The translations under genes were made by a program, and so were the position numbers. The notes below the pieces were generated by a model that saw only the letters and a list, made by a program, of their open reading frames with translations, had not been told where the DNA came from and ran no database searches. A stretch of DNA of 64,000 nucleotides, from contig JAHRHZ010000099.1 in NCBI GenBank assembly GCA_024137785.1, positions 1,131,262 to 1,195,261 of the forward strand. The letters run 5' to 3'. The DNA is from Ginglymostoma cirratum. Lineage: Eukaryota. Shown here piece by piece: positions 26,346 to 39,374 of this stretch (the first letter of the stretch is position 1; each line of letters starts with the position of its first letter).

Positions 26346-27209
26346 CTGTTAATCAACAATGGAATCAAGGGTCATGGGGAAAAGGCGGGAAAAACAAATT
26401 GAGGATAATCAGAAATTGCTGGAGAAAGTCAGCGGTCAAAGTTCTGAAGAAGGGTCAACGGAGTCAGATCATTAACTTCAGCAATTTCTGTTTGTGTTTC
26501 AGGTTTCCAGCATCTACAGTTCTTTGTTTTATGTTATGGAGGATTATGGTTTCATTGAACGGCGGAGCAGACTCAATGGGCCAACTGATCTACTTTGGCT
26601 CCTACAGCTTGTGGCCTCTTAAGGCCTTTTAATGCCTTTCTATTACATTTCTTCTGTCCCATATTTTAGCAACTCTAACACACGCATACACATGCGTACC
26701 AACAGCTTCTTCCCCGCTGTTATTCGACTTCTGAATGGGTTTCTGAAATTTCAAATCTAATCTGGATCTTGCTTTTTGTGCACCTTCTTTGCAGTCCTAA
26801 CTTTGTACTCATCGCTCTGTTCAATCACCCTATGATCTTTATACGGCATGATCTGCCTGTACTGCCACAAAACAAAACTTTTCACTGTACTTAGGTACAT
26901 GTGACTATAATAAATCAAATCAAAATCAAAACGACGCACTTGAACGTAATCTTTACCTCCCAGAAATTGCTGGCAGCAAATGTAAAAACACATGGCTGTA
27001 TATTCCTTTAACTTAGTCAACAGTTATGTATATCTTCCAATTTGCTCCGAATTGATTCAAGAATAGTAGAACAGCGCAATCAGACAGTGTTCTGGAATAT
27101 GTTCCCAGAGATGGCCCTTCTCCATAATCAATAGCTGCTGATTTTTAAGACAAGGCACGGGAAGACTGTGACCGAAGCTATTCTCGAGTTTAGTAACGGA
27201 TTTGCTTCG

Positions 27210-27430
27210 ATTGTGGCTGAGAATTTCCCACGTGCCATTAACACAAAGTAGGTCAAAGATCAAGCCCTGATCAACAGCACAAAGCAAATAGCCCTGAAGG
27301 AGCTGAACTTTAATGGGCAACGGGTTGCTGAGGGCAAGGCCTTAGAGACTAAATTGAAAAAAAAATTGTGTGCAACTTTCCGTCCGTTTAACGGACAATG
27401 AACATGCCATTGTCTCTTCGTGGGAACTGC
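27210..27430. promoter_or_regulatory. Putative distal enhancer (RBPJ/E-box composite)
   Basis: TTTCCCACGTG 27224-34, a second CGTGGGAA at 27419-26, and ACAAAG/TCAAAG HMG-type motifs; resembles the 45.16k element. Confidence 0.5.
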
Positions 27431-28702
27431 TTCAAACCACGTATATTGCAAACTTCATCTGGTGGCAAATTTATACTAACACTGTTCCTGTTCCATAGAA
27501 TCTTAGAGCGTTGAAGACAATTCGGCCTATAGCTCAAGCGCCAGGTCTTTCGAAGAGCTATCTCGTGGTTTTTCTTCGTAGCCCTGCAATTTTGTTCATA
27601 CTTGCTAATAATTTCGATTGTTAGTAGTGGTATGGATGAGAAGTGTCTGTGAGGCGGTTAGTGATAGACTTCAATAGGATATAGACAGCCTGGGCAAATA
27701 TGTGGTGGGTGTAATTTAATTCAGAGAAATGTGAAACGAACTATTTAAGCAGAAAGAAGATAGAAAAATGGCATCCAAAGGAAGTATGGAATTCTAAAAA
27801 GAGTGCAGGAGCAGAGGGATGTTAAATCCCTGAAGATGTCAGGGTGGGCTGAGAAAGTGATTGACAAAGCGTACAGGATAAATGCGCACAAAACCGAGGA
27901 GGTTCGGGGAATCTTTACAAAACACTGCTTCCTTCTCAAGGGTCTAGGCCCGAAACGTCAGCTTTCCTGCTCCCCTGATGCTGCTAGGCCTGCTGTGTTC
28001 ATCCAGCTCTACATCTTGTTATCTCAGATTCTCCAGCATCTGCAGTTCCTATTATCCCGGATAAGAGGATTGCAGGTCCCTAGGGCAAAGGCATGAGCAG
28101 CAGTGCCTGGGATAGTCTGGCAGGGACCGGCACACAACGGGCCGAATGGCTTCCCTCTGCGCTGTAACATTTCCTGGATTCTGTGAAATATTGATTTTCA
28201 GATTTCAACCAAGTCAACACGAATTCACTTCCACTAAGTTATATATATAATTCCTTCATTGCCATCTCTGAGGGCAGTTTTGTGAAATGTCTGCTCAACA
28301 TTACCAGCTGATTCACATCTACACTGAAGCAGTGGGAGAGCTATTGCCCAGAGATTCTGGAATATAATTCATCAGACAAAGCACCGTCCCTCAAGTTGAA
28401 TACAGACCGAGTAAAGCAGGAGCAAACCGCAGTCAAAAAAGGTTCCGCTCAAGCTGCTCAGTCACTTTCTATTTGCTCAGACAGTATCCGCCACGCAGTG
28501 CATGAAATAGTCGGTGTTTAGGGTTTATAGACCTTTCATCAGAACTGACAAACTTTATAGTCGAGCAGCATTTAGTCGGGAACAAAAGTACAAATTGATG
28601 GAAAAGTGCAGCAGATCTGTGGATAGAATTCAGAGTTAACGTTTCGGTTCCACTAACCCTTCCTCAGAACTGCCAGATGCGCTGAGCTTTTCCAGCACTT
28701 TA

Positions 28703-29014
28703 TCATAGAATCCCTATAGCGTGGAAGCAGGCCATTTGGCTCATCGAGTCCACGCCAACTCTCCAAAGAGCATCCCACCCAGACCCACCTCCTACCCTAT
28801 CCCTGTCCCTGTATTTCCCAGCCTAGACACTGCGGGCAATTTAGCATGGCCAATCCACCGAGCCTGCACACATCTTTGGACTGTGGGAGGAAACCCACGC
28901 AGACACTGGGAGAATATGCAAACTCCACACGAATAATCGCCTACGGGTGGAATCGAACCCGGGTCCCTCGTATTGTGAGATAGTAGTGCTAACCATTGAG
29001 CCACCGTGCCGCCC
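28703..29014 (-). mobile_element. HE1-like tRNA-derived SINE, full length
   Basis: The minus strand begins GGGCGGCACGGTGGCTCAATGGTTAGCAC (A box), has a GGTTCGATTCC B box and a LINE-like tail gggattctatga. Confidence 0.85.
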
Positions 29015-29287
29015 CCTTTCTATTCGCGTTTTCAATTTCTAGCATCTACAGTTCTTTCGGTTTTTATTTGGTAGGGAAGGTGTGTGCGTGTTTCGGGGAC
29101 GGGGAGAATAATTAATTAGCTGCAAGCTGCTATGTTGGGGATCGAGCGATTATTAACAATTGTATGGTAAAGGATTAGAGAGCTTCATGAGAGGAATATG
29201 AGTTAAGAGGACATTCACAAAATGTGAATAGAGTTTGAAAGGTGCGAGGAGAACAAGAAAAAGTGGGTGGAAAAAGAAATTGCCAGA

Positions 29288-29510
29288 AAGGAAAGAAATG
29301 GTGGGGTTAAAATTGTACCAGAGATAATAGGTACTGCAGATGCTGGAGAATCCGAGATCACAAGGTGTGGAGCTGGATGAACACGGCAGCATGACGTTTC
29401 GGGCCTAGACCCTTCTCGGCCCGAAACGTCAAGCTTTCCTGCTCTTATGATGCTGCTTGGCCCGCTGTGTTCATCCAGCCCCACACCTTGTGATCAAGGA
29501 AAGAAATGGT
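29288..29510. mobile_element. Short palindromic Penelope-derived insert
   Basis: Inverted terminal repeats; flanking direct repeat aaggaaagaaatggt. Confidence 0.7.
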
Positions 29511-30189
29511 CCTGTGTTTCACGATGATAATGCCCCTCGACTTGTCTCTGTTGATGAAGGGATAGGAAAGACAGAATTTACCCAGTAATTGTCTAAGGTG
29601 TGACCTGACCTGGGCGATGCCAAGGCTCCGATGTGGCAGGGTCTGTATAGATGCAGGTTCTACCTCACAGTGATGTGACACAACTGGATGAGCAATAAGG
29701 ATTTTTTTTAAAATCTAAAGGACTGCGGATGCCGGAAGACAGAAAAAAACCCAGAAATTGTTGGCAAAACTCAGCAGGTCTGGCAGCATCTGTGGAGAGA
29801 AATCAGAGTTAACGTTTCGGTTTCAGTGGCGCTTCTTCAGAACGGGTCTGCCAGATAGACGCTGCCAGACCTGCTGAGCTTTCTATTTTTGCTTTTTTAA
29901 AATTCGCTCAGAAGCACATAATTGTGTTCCGCAAGGAAATAGACTTCCTTTTCTGAAAAGATCGCTAACTTAAGATAAGCATCTTGATATCAGTACAAAA
30001 TCAATTGGTCTGTGTTTTCTGGTGGATTTATTCGAATAGTGAATTATTTTCTCTCTCAATAGAGAGGAGGCGCTCGGTCTAAATCCCAGAGGTGAGTGAA
30101 TTGGCAAAGTATCTGAAATATGGTTCTAATACATGGCATTTAGGAAGGGGCTGGGGGGGGTGGGGGTGAGGGGGGAGGGAGGAGGCGTA

Positions 30190-30365
30190 AAAACAGGCGG
30201 GAATTCCACACGCCGACCAGCCTTCTTCCTGGAGTGAGTTATTCCTGCAGTTTCCCACGTGCCGCAGACAAAGGAATTCGCTCAGTTGCTGGCTTTCAAT
30301 GAGCCGCGAATGAGCTCATTCATCTGAGCATCACAAGTGCTCTGGGGGGACAATAGCCAGCGTCT
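30190..30365. promoter_or_regulatory. Putative proximal enhancer (RBPJ/E-box composite)
   Basis: TTTCCCACGTG 30251-61, ACAAAG, GGACAATAGCCAGCG; resembles the 47.04k element. Confidence 0.5.
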
Positions 30366-31242
30366 CCCGGATCCACGCCCCTCCCCCAAAAGCTAGCTCT
30401 TCTCAGGCACGAATAAAAAGAGAAACATCTCAGAGAACGTTTCTTCCTATTTGATTTCAAGCAAGTTGCTTGCCGCCTTTAAATTCACCAAAACAAAACA
30501 CATTTTGACACTTTTGTATGTTGCATATTTAAGTTTTGTGTTTGGATCGCACTCCGATAATTCATGTTAAAATTATTCCAACATACACAAACTGTGCCTT
30601 TGCGTTTGCTGTACTAAGCCAGAAGCTAATGTTTGTCAATTACAGCATAATTATTTTGATTTGAATTGATTTATTGCCGGTATAGGCCTGGGGTGAACAA
30701 AGTCAGAAATAGTCATAGTCCAACTGGTTCATTTGAAATCACAAGCTTCCGGGTGCGTAGCCCTTTCACCTGACGATGGGGTTGCGCTACGAAAGCTTGT
30801 GATTTCAAATATCCCTCCAACCCTTTCCTGTTCATGTAGTTACCTAAATGCCTTTTAAACGTTGTAACAGTACCCACATCTCAGAAAGTTCGTTACACGC
30901 GCCAACCACACTCTGTGTGAAAAAAATTACCCCTCATGTCTTTTTTTAAAATGTCTCTCCTGTCTCCTTAAAAATGTGCCCCCTCGTCTTGAGAATGAGA
31001 ACCCCCATCCTAGGTAAAAGACACTACCGGTCAATACCTCTCATTATTTTATAAACTTAAGTACATTAAGGTAACAGAGGAGAATGTGGAATTTTGTGTT
31101 AAGGCTACACGGAAGGTGCAGAGGAAGATCAACTCTAATATATGGGAAGCTTTCAGTGAGATTGCAAGAAGCGATGCTAGATAGGGCGGATTGTTTTGCC
31201 CCTGTGTAGGGTGCCACGTGTGAGACCCACCCCTTCCCCCAG

Positions 31243-31600
31243 TTCTCATGACCTTACACGAGCCCCGCTGGCGCGGGATTACTGGCTCACGCCGTATCTC
31301 CAGATGGTCCCCTTGAGACTCGGCTCCAAAGAAAAAGTCAAAACGCTGTGGCTAATTCTTCATTCAGGAAAGAGAGGTTTTGGGTCATTGTCCGTCCGAC
31401 AGCAGCGATTGGCTGCCCGAGTGTGGGAAACGCCAAGAAATTCAGACTCACACTCGCCATCTGATGGGGCTGCTGTGGGCTCAGAGGCAGAGACTATCCC
31501 AGGCCTGCCTTAGGTCCCACTGCACGCACCGGTCTCTCAAAGATGACTCTTAAGAGTGTTGCTGACTCGCGAAGAGGACTCCCAGAAATGGAAACGGAAA
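31243..31600 (+). pseudogene. HES5 relic B: promoter cassette plus degenerate exon 1 only
   Basis: TTCTCATG 31243, CAGATG 31301, GATTGG, TGTGGGAA 31422-29 + 15 bp + GACTCACA 31445-52; no TATA. ATG 31543 gives MTLKSVAD (compare MAPTSTAD). No exon 2 or 3 seen. Confidence 0.65.
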
Positions 31601-32329
31601 GTGCAACAAAAATGCATTTGACATTCAGAAAACGTTTCTTGTTAATTTAAAATAACATGTTAATTGGGTGAATATGTGCCTGACTGACAGATCTGTACCG
31701 CACTGAGAGCGAAGGAACTTTTGATGAAACTTTAAACTGACGAGCTGTCTGCTCTCAGGCGGATATGAACAATTTAATATTTTACAAGAAAAACGGGAGA
31801 GATGTCTTCATAATAAATGCAAAATACTCGAAATCTGAAACCTTCCTTCCAAACTGAAAAATCATACCGGACGCGAAAGATTTAACTGTTTCTCTCTCCG
31901 CAGATGCTATCAGATCTGTTGAGTTTCTCCAACATTCTGTAGGCTTGTTTGAGATACCCCTGGTGCCAGGGCTAAAAAGAGTTATAAGAGGACTATGCCA
32001 TTTGCCTCTTCAGCTTATTGAGCCATTTGAATATTGAGGAGATCAAAACTATTTACTTAGTCTCTGCCACAAACACCGTTTCGTCGTCACTGTTCTCCAG
32101 GACAAACTGAGGTTGCACCAGATTGTTCACAATCTTGTTAGCACATATCTGTAATGTCACTGAGATCACATATTTCAATCTCCTTGACATCTCCTGTGTC
32201 ACATGAGCACTTTTGCTGCTGGTAACCTCATTCTTAACATTGTTACATTCAGCCTTGACAATTCCAATGCATTCCAGAGAGAGCTACCACTTTCTGTCCT
32301 CAGTATAGTTGAGAGAAGGAGAGGCAACA

Positions 32330-32672
32330 ACCTAATGGTGTTATCCTTTGCCTGTTAATCCAGAGACCCAGGTAATTTTCAGGGGACCTGGGTTTGAATC
32401 CTGCCATGGCAGATGGTGACATTTAAATTCAATAAAAATCTAGGATTAAGAGTTTAATGGTGACCATGAATTCATTGCCAATTTTTGGGAAAACCCATCC
32501 AGTTCACTAATGCCCTTGCGGGTTGGAATCTGCCATCCTTACCTGGTCTGGACTACATGTGATTCCAGACCCACAGCAATGTGTTTCACTCTTAATTGAC
32601 CTCTGGGCAGTTATGGATGGACAATTAATGCTGGCCTAGCCAGTGCCACCCTCATCGTGTGAATGAAAAAAA
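32330..32672 (+). mobile_element. Second tRNA-derived SINE family (also about 95-455 and 8440-8790)
   Basis: gggtttgaatcc B box, shared body (aaaacccatc..gttcactaatg, acctggtctgg.ctacatgtga.tccag) and a tail shared with the LINE at 9.5-10.3k and 51.0-51.2k. Confidence 0.6.
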
Positions 32673-33466
32673 GGCCCTGCTGCTACCCATGGATAGGATG
32701 ACTAGCCAAGGTCTTTTTCCCAGGGTAGGGGAATCCAAAATTAGAGGGCTTAAACTTAAGGTGAGAGTGGAAAGATATAAAAGGACCTAATGGGCATTTT
32801 TTTCACACAGAGGTTAGTGAGTGGATAGAATGAGCTGCCACAATAAGTGCTAATGACTTTTCAATTGCAACATTTATAAAGCACGCAGATGGGTACACAA
32901 ATAGGAAGGGTTTAGAGTCATATGGGCCAAATGCTTACAAATGGGATTAGATTAGTTTAGGGTGTCTTGTCATCATGGACAAGTTAGACTGAAGGGTCTG
33001 TTTCTGTTCTGTACAATTCTGACTCTATGACTCTAAATGCTATTTATCAATGACCCCAGAGTTTGCTGACACCTGGTCAGACTCCTGATTAAACAACACC
33101 CCAATTGTCATCCTTATTTTCAAATTCTACTGTGACTGAATCTCTCCATCCCTAATCTCTCCACCTAAACAGCTCTTCAAAATAGCTACATTCATAATTC
33201 CTGGCCCCCTTGGACATCCCTGATTTTAACCATTCCATCATTCATGGCTATGCCTTTAGCTGTGAAATCCTTAAGCTCTGGAAACCCCTTTGTAATTTTT
33301 TTTACTCACTACATCATTTTCCTACTTTAAATCACTCCTTAAAACTGACTTTACTGTTGTACAGACATGTCAGTGTGCTATGCTGTAGGAACTGCTATTC
33401 ATGATGAAATTTTTTGTCACAGACCCAAATACAACACTTTTCAAAAAGCTTTTAATTATCCTTCAT

Positions 33467-33783
33467 TCGTAGAATCCCTACGGTGTGGAAACAGGCCATT
33501 CAGCCCAAGTCCACACTGACCCTTAGAGCATCCCACCCAGACCCACTCCTATAGCCCACCTAATCTACACATCCCTGAATACTATGGGCATTTTAGCATG
33601 GCCAATCTACCTCGCCTGCACATCTTTGGACTCTGAGAGGAAACCAGAGCACCCTAGGGAAACCCACACAGACATGGGGACAATGTGCAAACTCCACACA
33701 GACAGTTGCCTGAGGGTGGAATCAAACCCAGGTTCCTGGCACTGTGAGGCAGCAGTGCTAACCACTGAGCCACTGTGCCACCC
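33467..33783 (-). mobile_element. HE1-like SINE
   Basis: Same head, body and tail as 28703-29014. Confidence 0.85.
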
Positions 33784-36700
33784 CTTTTGGTTATCTCTGC
33801 GCTAATATCTCCTTATATGTATCAGCATGATATTTGTTTTATAATTCCTCTAAGAAATGCCATGGGACATTTTGTCATGTTGAACGTGCTATATAAATGC
33901 AAGTTGTTATTGCGAGGTCTGTATCTAATACTGTATTGCTGTTAAGAGATGATTGGAAGTGTTTATTTCCATTAGCTGCAGTCTTTTAGTGAAAAATGAA
34001 GATCTAATTGGGATTGCCTTTGATGATACCAAACCGGAAGGAATAACAGCAGCAACCATGAACAACGAGCACAACAAAGACATGCATTACCTAGAGCAGA
34101 ACATCGTACCTGAACATAGGAGCCGTGTATATGCAAGGTCTTCTTCAGCAAGCAGGTGACTTACAGAACAAAGGCCTGTCTCCGAGCTGTTGCTGCTAGT
34201 GTTAATTTGAGTGATGCTGGATTTTCATGAGTGATGCCTCAGATAAAAGTGAAATATTGTGGGGTGCTGGAAATCTGAAACAAACACGGAAAATGCTAGA
34301 AAAATTCAGCAGATCTGGCAGCATCTGTGGAATGAGAAACAGGATTAATGTTTTGAGTCCAATATGGCTCTTCAGACCAAGTACAAATTTGAATGTTACA
34401 ATAAATTCTCTTCAATTAATTGGAAAATAATAGCAAAGTCACAGAGTTATGGAGTCATTTCTGGCACAGATGAGATCATTTGTCCTATTGAACCTTTGTG
34501 GTTCCATACGGAGAAATGTAGTGACCCACTTTGCCACTTGGTCCCCTGGCTAGTAATTTATCTTCTTCAAGTACCCATTCAATTTCCTTTTGAAATTACT
34601 GGTTGTTTCAGTATCTATTGTTCTTGTAGGCAGTGACTTCAGAGTTGTTAACACTCACTGTGTCAAAAAGGTCTTCCTCACATTTCCCCTGCAGTTCTTT
34701 CCCAGTCTGTTTTCCCTCATCCTTGAAGAGTTTTTCCCTTATCTACCTTAACTAATCCTGAGAAAATCTGATACAACTCTATCATATCTCCCCTCCTCTG
34801 TTCCAGGAAGAAACTTCCAACCTAATCTTGTAAGTAAATCGCACTCCATCCCTCAAACTATCCTGGGAAATTTCCTCTGCACCATCTCAAGGACCTTCAC
34901 CAGTGTGGTGACCGGATTCCAACTGGGATCTAACCAGAGCTTGAGATTCAACATTACCTCCCTCCTTTCTGTATTTATGCATCTATTTATGAAGTCCAAA
35001 ATTACAGCATTTACTTAATATTTTAAATATCTTAGCATAAAGATAAATAGGAATAGTATACATATATAAGTTACTTCCACTAGCATGAGTAGAAAATAAC
35101 TGGAAAATTACAAAGATTGAGGATAATGTCATGCTTCAGGCCTCTGTGGAGCTGCAGCCCAACAACCCACAGGAGGGAAATTGAAGCCACCACAACAACC
35201 AAACTACTAGAAAGCTGGAAGTTACCTGCTTTATGTTCACCTCATTTATGGATACCCTGAATACCGGTGGTATACTAAATTCTAAAGTCTGGCTTTTTAA
35301 TTTCTACTTCAATCTGTGAAATTGAAAATGACTTGGTTATATTGAATAAGAAAAATGCTATTCCAATTCTTGCAGCCTGCCTGGCAAACAGAATTCTGTC
35401 TACTCCTACACTTTTAAATCAAGAATAAGATTTGACCTCAGATTTTTTTGCTGTCTAGTGCTGACTTTGATTCTAGAGATGGACGATAGTTGCTGTAGAA
35501 TTGTATTGGATGAACCACATAAAGTAGGTTAGAGTTCAATCCACCTGCAATCAGTTCAAAACAAATAATTTGCTAAACTTGAATTTTACTGAATAGAAAC
35601 TAAGTAGACCACATAGGATTGTAAAGGACTAGAAAACACCTTTGCATTCCACCAGATACATTTCAAAGATTACCAGTTTCAAAATCTTCCCACCCTGGCC
35701 TCATCCCATGACCAACCTTCCCTCTCATCCCCGCCTCCTTAACCTGACACAACCTGCCCATCTTTTCTCTTACCTATTTGCTCCTCCCACCTCACTGACC
35801 AATCCCCACCACTGCCTACCTGCACTCACCTATCACCATCCCACCTACCTTTCCCAGCCCCACCCCTCCTCTCTATTTCTGAACTCCCTTCCCCTTCTCC
35901 CATTTCTGAAGAAGGGTCCTGACCCGAAATGTTAACTTTTTTGCTCCTCTGATGCTGCCTGGCCTGCTGTGCTCCTCCAGCTCCACACTGTGTTATCTCT
36001 ATACCTTGCTGTAACATTTATGTCCTTAATCATCCCCTATGGTGGAATGTTTTTCTATTCTCTGTTAAATCAGCTAACATTGTATACCCATATCATTGTT
36101 GCCCGTCTTATCTAAGTTAGTTTTTGTTTATATGTATATCAACATGTTTGAAAGTGAACATGCTTGTATTAATAATTTTTAACCAAGTCAGACATTTTTT
36201 TCAATCATCTGTTTCTGTAACTCAATATATATGTAAACAGGTGATAATATTTATGTTTATATGTGTTTGTGTGTGCAAATGTATTTATATTTGCAAGTAT
36301 ATGCTTCTCTGTACTTCTGTGTAGCAGTATATTAACCATGATTGTGTAGCTGTGTGATGTATGCGAGAGAAATTGAGCATTTGCCGAAGAATCTACGTGC
36401 GTGTATGTATATTACATTGCATGGGATTGGACATGTGTGTGCTTGCTTCATGTATGATTGGTTGCATGAATGTGTTTCTTTGTACCTTAGAATATATGTA
36501 TAAATGTCTGCGGATTTAACCAGATTCATGGAGTGTGGACTACATAAATGGTTATCCTACACCAGATGTGGGTGTGCCAACGTCAGACAAAGCATTTATC
36601 ACAATTTGTTTTTATTTCTCATTTGATTATAACAATCAACTGTAAATTGTTTTGCAAATTCATGAATTTTAAAGAACCATTGAGTAATTTAATTTCTCAT

Positions 36701-37654
36701 GGCTGCATTTGTATCTCTGACTGAACACCAAATTGAAGTTTGGATCAGTACTCATTTACTTCTTTGCTTCCAAAGCAAAGCACTTCATCTGACACTGGTT
36801 CATTTTCTTAAAAAAATTACATCACTGGTTTTTCTATTCCTGACTCATCATCCTACAACTGGACAGCACGTACTGCTAAATCAGGGATGGCCAATACCAG
36901 TTCATTTATTAGGATTGTCCTTGGCTTCTCTAAAACTGGCTGGCACTCTGCTGACCATACCACTTTTGCTCGTTTCTTTAACAAATTCATTATAGGTATA
37001 GCTATTACTCTAAAATTGCACACAAATTTCTAGTATAATCCACACATTCCTAAAAACCTCATGACTTCTCCTGTAGATTTATAATTGTAAATTCACTTTT
37101 GGTGTTCTTGGCCCATGTTTCCTTGTCCCAAGATACATTTGAGGTAATTTCTCTAGCTTTCACAAAATCTTATTTAGCTAAATTTATTACTAAGCCAGCC
37201 AACTGTAATAGATTAAACAGGACTTCCTTTTGCCTCACATGCTCTTCCCATGTATTACTGTATACAACAACATTGGCTGCATAAACTACACAGTTATGAC
37301 CTCAACCACAACTTGATTCATACCCTTTGGAATGTAGTAGGGGCATTTGCAAATCCAAATGGCATCACTCAACATTAGTAGAACACATTTGGTGTGATAT
37401 AAGTGGATATCTCCTTAGCACTTAATGTTAATGGCACTTGCCTGCACCCCTTCAATGGATCAGTCTTAGACCTTGGCACTACCAACCCTATCAAAATGAT
37501 CTTCTAACCATGGAATTCTGTATGATTAATTTTTGTGACTACATTTACATTTCATAGTCGATTCATAATCTGGTTGATCTATTTGGGTTAGAATTAATAT
37601 TGCCAGAGATCTCCAGCTGTTTTACTTAGGTTCAAACAGATTATTTTCCAGAAT

Positions 37655-38358
37655 GCACAGGACTTATACACTTAATGGTAAGGTCCTTGGGTGTGTTGCT
37701 GAACAAAGAGACCTTGGAATGCAGGTTCATAGTTCCTTCTAAGTAGAATCACGTAGACAGGATAGCAAAGAAGGTGGTCAGTATGCTTGCCTTTAGTGCA
37801 TTTAGTATAGCAGTTGGGAGGTCATGTTGCAGTTAGCCATTTTTGGAATACTGCATTCAGTTCTGGTCACTCTATTATAGGAAGGATGTCATTAAACTGG
37901 AAAAGATGCAAAAGAGATTTGCAAGGATGTTACTAAGACTGGAGTGATTGAGTTATAAGGAGGGGCTGGATAGGCTGGAACTTGTTTCCCAGCATGGGAT
38001 GCTGAGGGGAGAGGTTGAGAACATTATGAGGAGCATAGACAAGGTGAATAGCCAATGTCTTTTCCCTAATGTAGGGTACTCCAAAGCTAAAGGGCATGGG
38101 TTTAAGGTGAGAGGGGAAAGATTTAAAAGGGACCTGAGGAACAATTTTTCCACACAGAGGGAGGAAGTGGTAGAGGCTGGTACAATTACAGCATTCAAAG
38201 GCATTTGGACAGATACATGGATCGGAATGTTTTAGAGGGTTAAGGGCTATATTCAGGCAAATGGGATTAATTCAGTTTAGGAAACCCGGCGGGCATGGAT
38301 GAGTTGGTCCAAAGTGTCATTTCCATGCTGTATGACTGTATGACTCCATGACTCTATG
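37655..38358 (+). mobile_element. CR1-like LINE 3' part nested in the LTR element
   Basis: ORF 37948-38235 contains RGERFKRDLRNNF; (atgactct)n-like tail. Confidence 0.85.
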
Positions 38359-39374
38359 AATCTAAGTTTCCACTTGAGCTTATTTTTCTCGGCTCAACTG
38401 ATAGACATGCTGTTTTATCAACACCAACTTTCCTACTCTATATCATGCTTAATTTAAGTAATGCATCCAGGTGTATCTCATCACATTACTTTACACTTCC
38501 TTAACAGGCACACAAAATTCTTGCATTTCCATCCTCTGAATAGGAGAATACAGTGTTGAATTGTCCCAGTAGTTCTGTCTTGTCTAATTGAATTGTGGGG
38601 TTCATATTGAAAACTGTATATCTCTCCTTGCACATTATTCTTGTTGTCCTTGTCATCCTTCACTATTCTTACAATCAGACACACTTGTTCCTCCTTATCC
38701 TGTTCCCTGAAATGATACTGGTTTAACATATTTACATGACATAACCAATTTTTCTTCCTGCGATCAGATTGTCTATCAGGTAAGTCACCTTATTAACCTT
38801 TCTAACTACTTTGTATGGATCACTGAACTTTGCTTTCAGGGTACACTTTATATAGGTAACAATATCCATACTCCAAGTCCCATTTGAAACATTCTCGTTG
38901 CAAAATGTTTGACTTCTTATTCTTTCATTTTTACCTGAGAAACCTTCAAATGCTCTTGTACTACCCTGCATGCTACAGTGGGTCTTTGTAGAAACATTGA
39001 CTAGCATTCTAACGTTGAGTATTCATCTTTATGCTTCAAGAACTTCTCTCTAATCAGTTTTGAAGGAGTACCAATCACATGACCATAAATGAACTCAAAA
39101 GGACATCAAATGGATTCAAATGAATAAATGATTCAATTGAAGAATCTCTGGCAGTAAATAGTAATCCCAAGCCCGTGGGCATTTGGGACAATATGCCTTA
39201 ATCATAATTTTGAGAATCTGATGGTATCTCTCCAAAGTTTCCTATGTTTACTGATGATATGCAGTTGACTTCAATTGTGTTATACACAAATGCTGATATG
39301 TCCTGAAAAACTTTATGTCTACCCTAATCAGATTGTATCTCAGTTGGTAGTCTGTAATGTGTACAAAAGTTGAG

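Noticed and set aside
28940-29014. tRNA-like sequences with A and B boxes
   Set aside because: They are SINE heads continuous with a SINE body and LINE-like tail, not tRNA genes.
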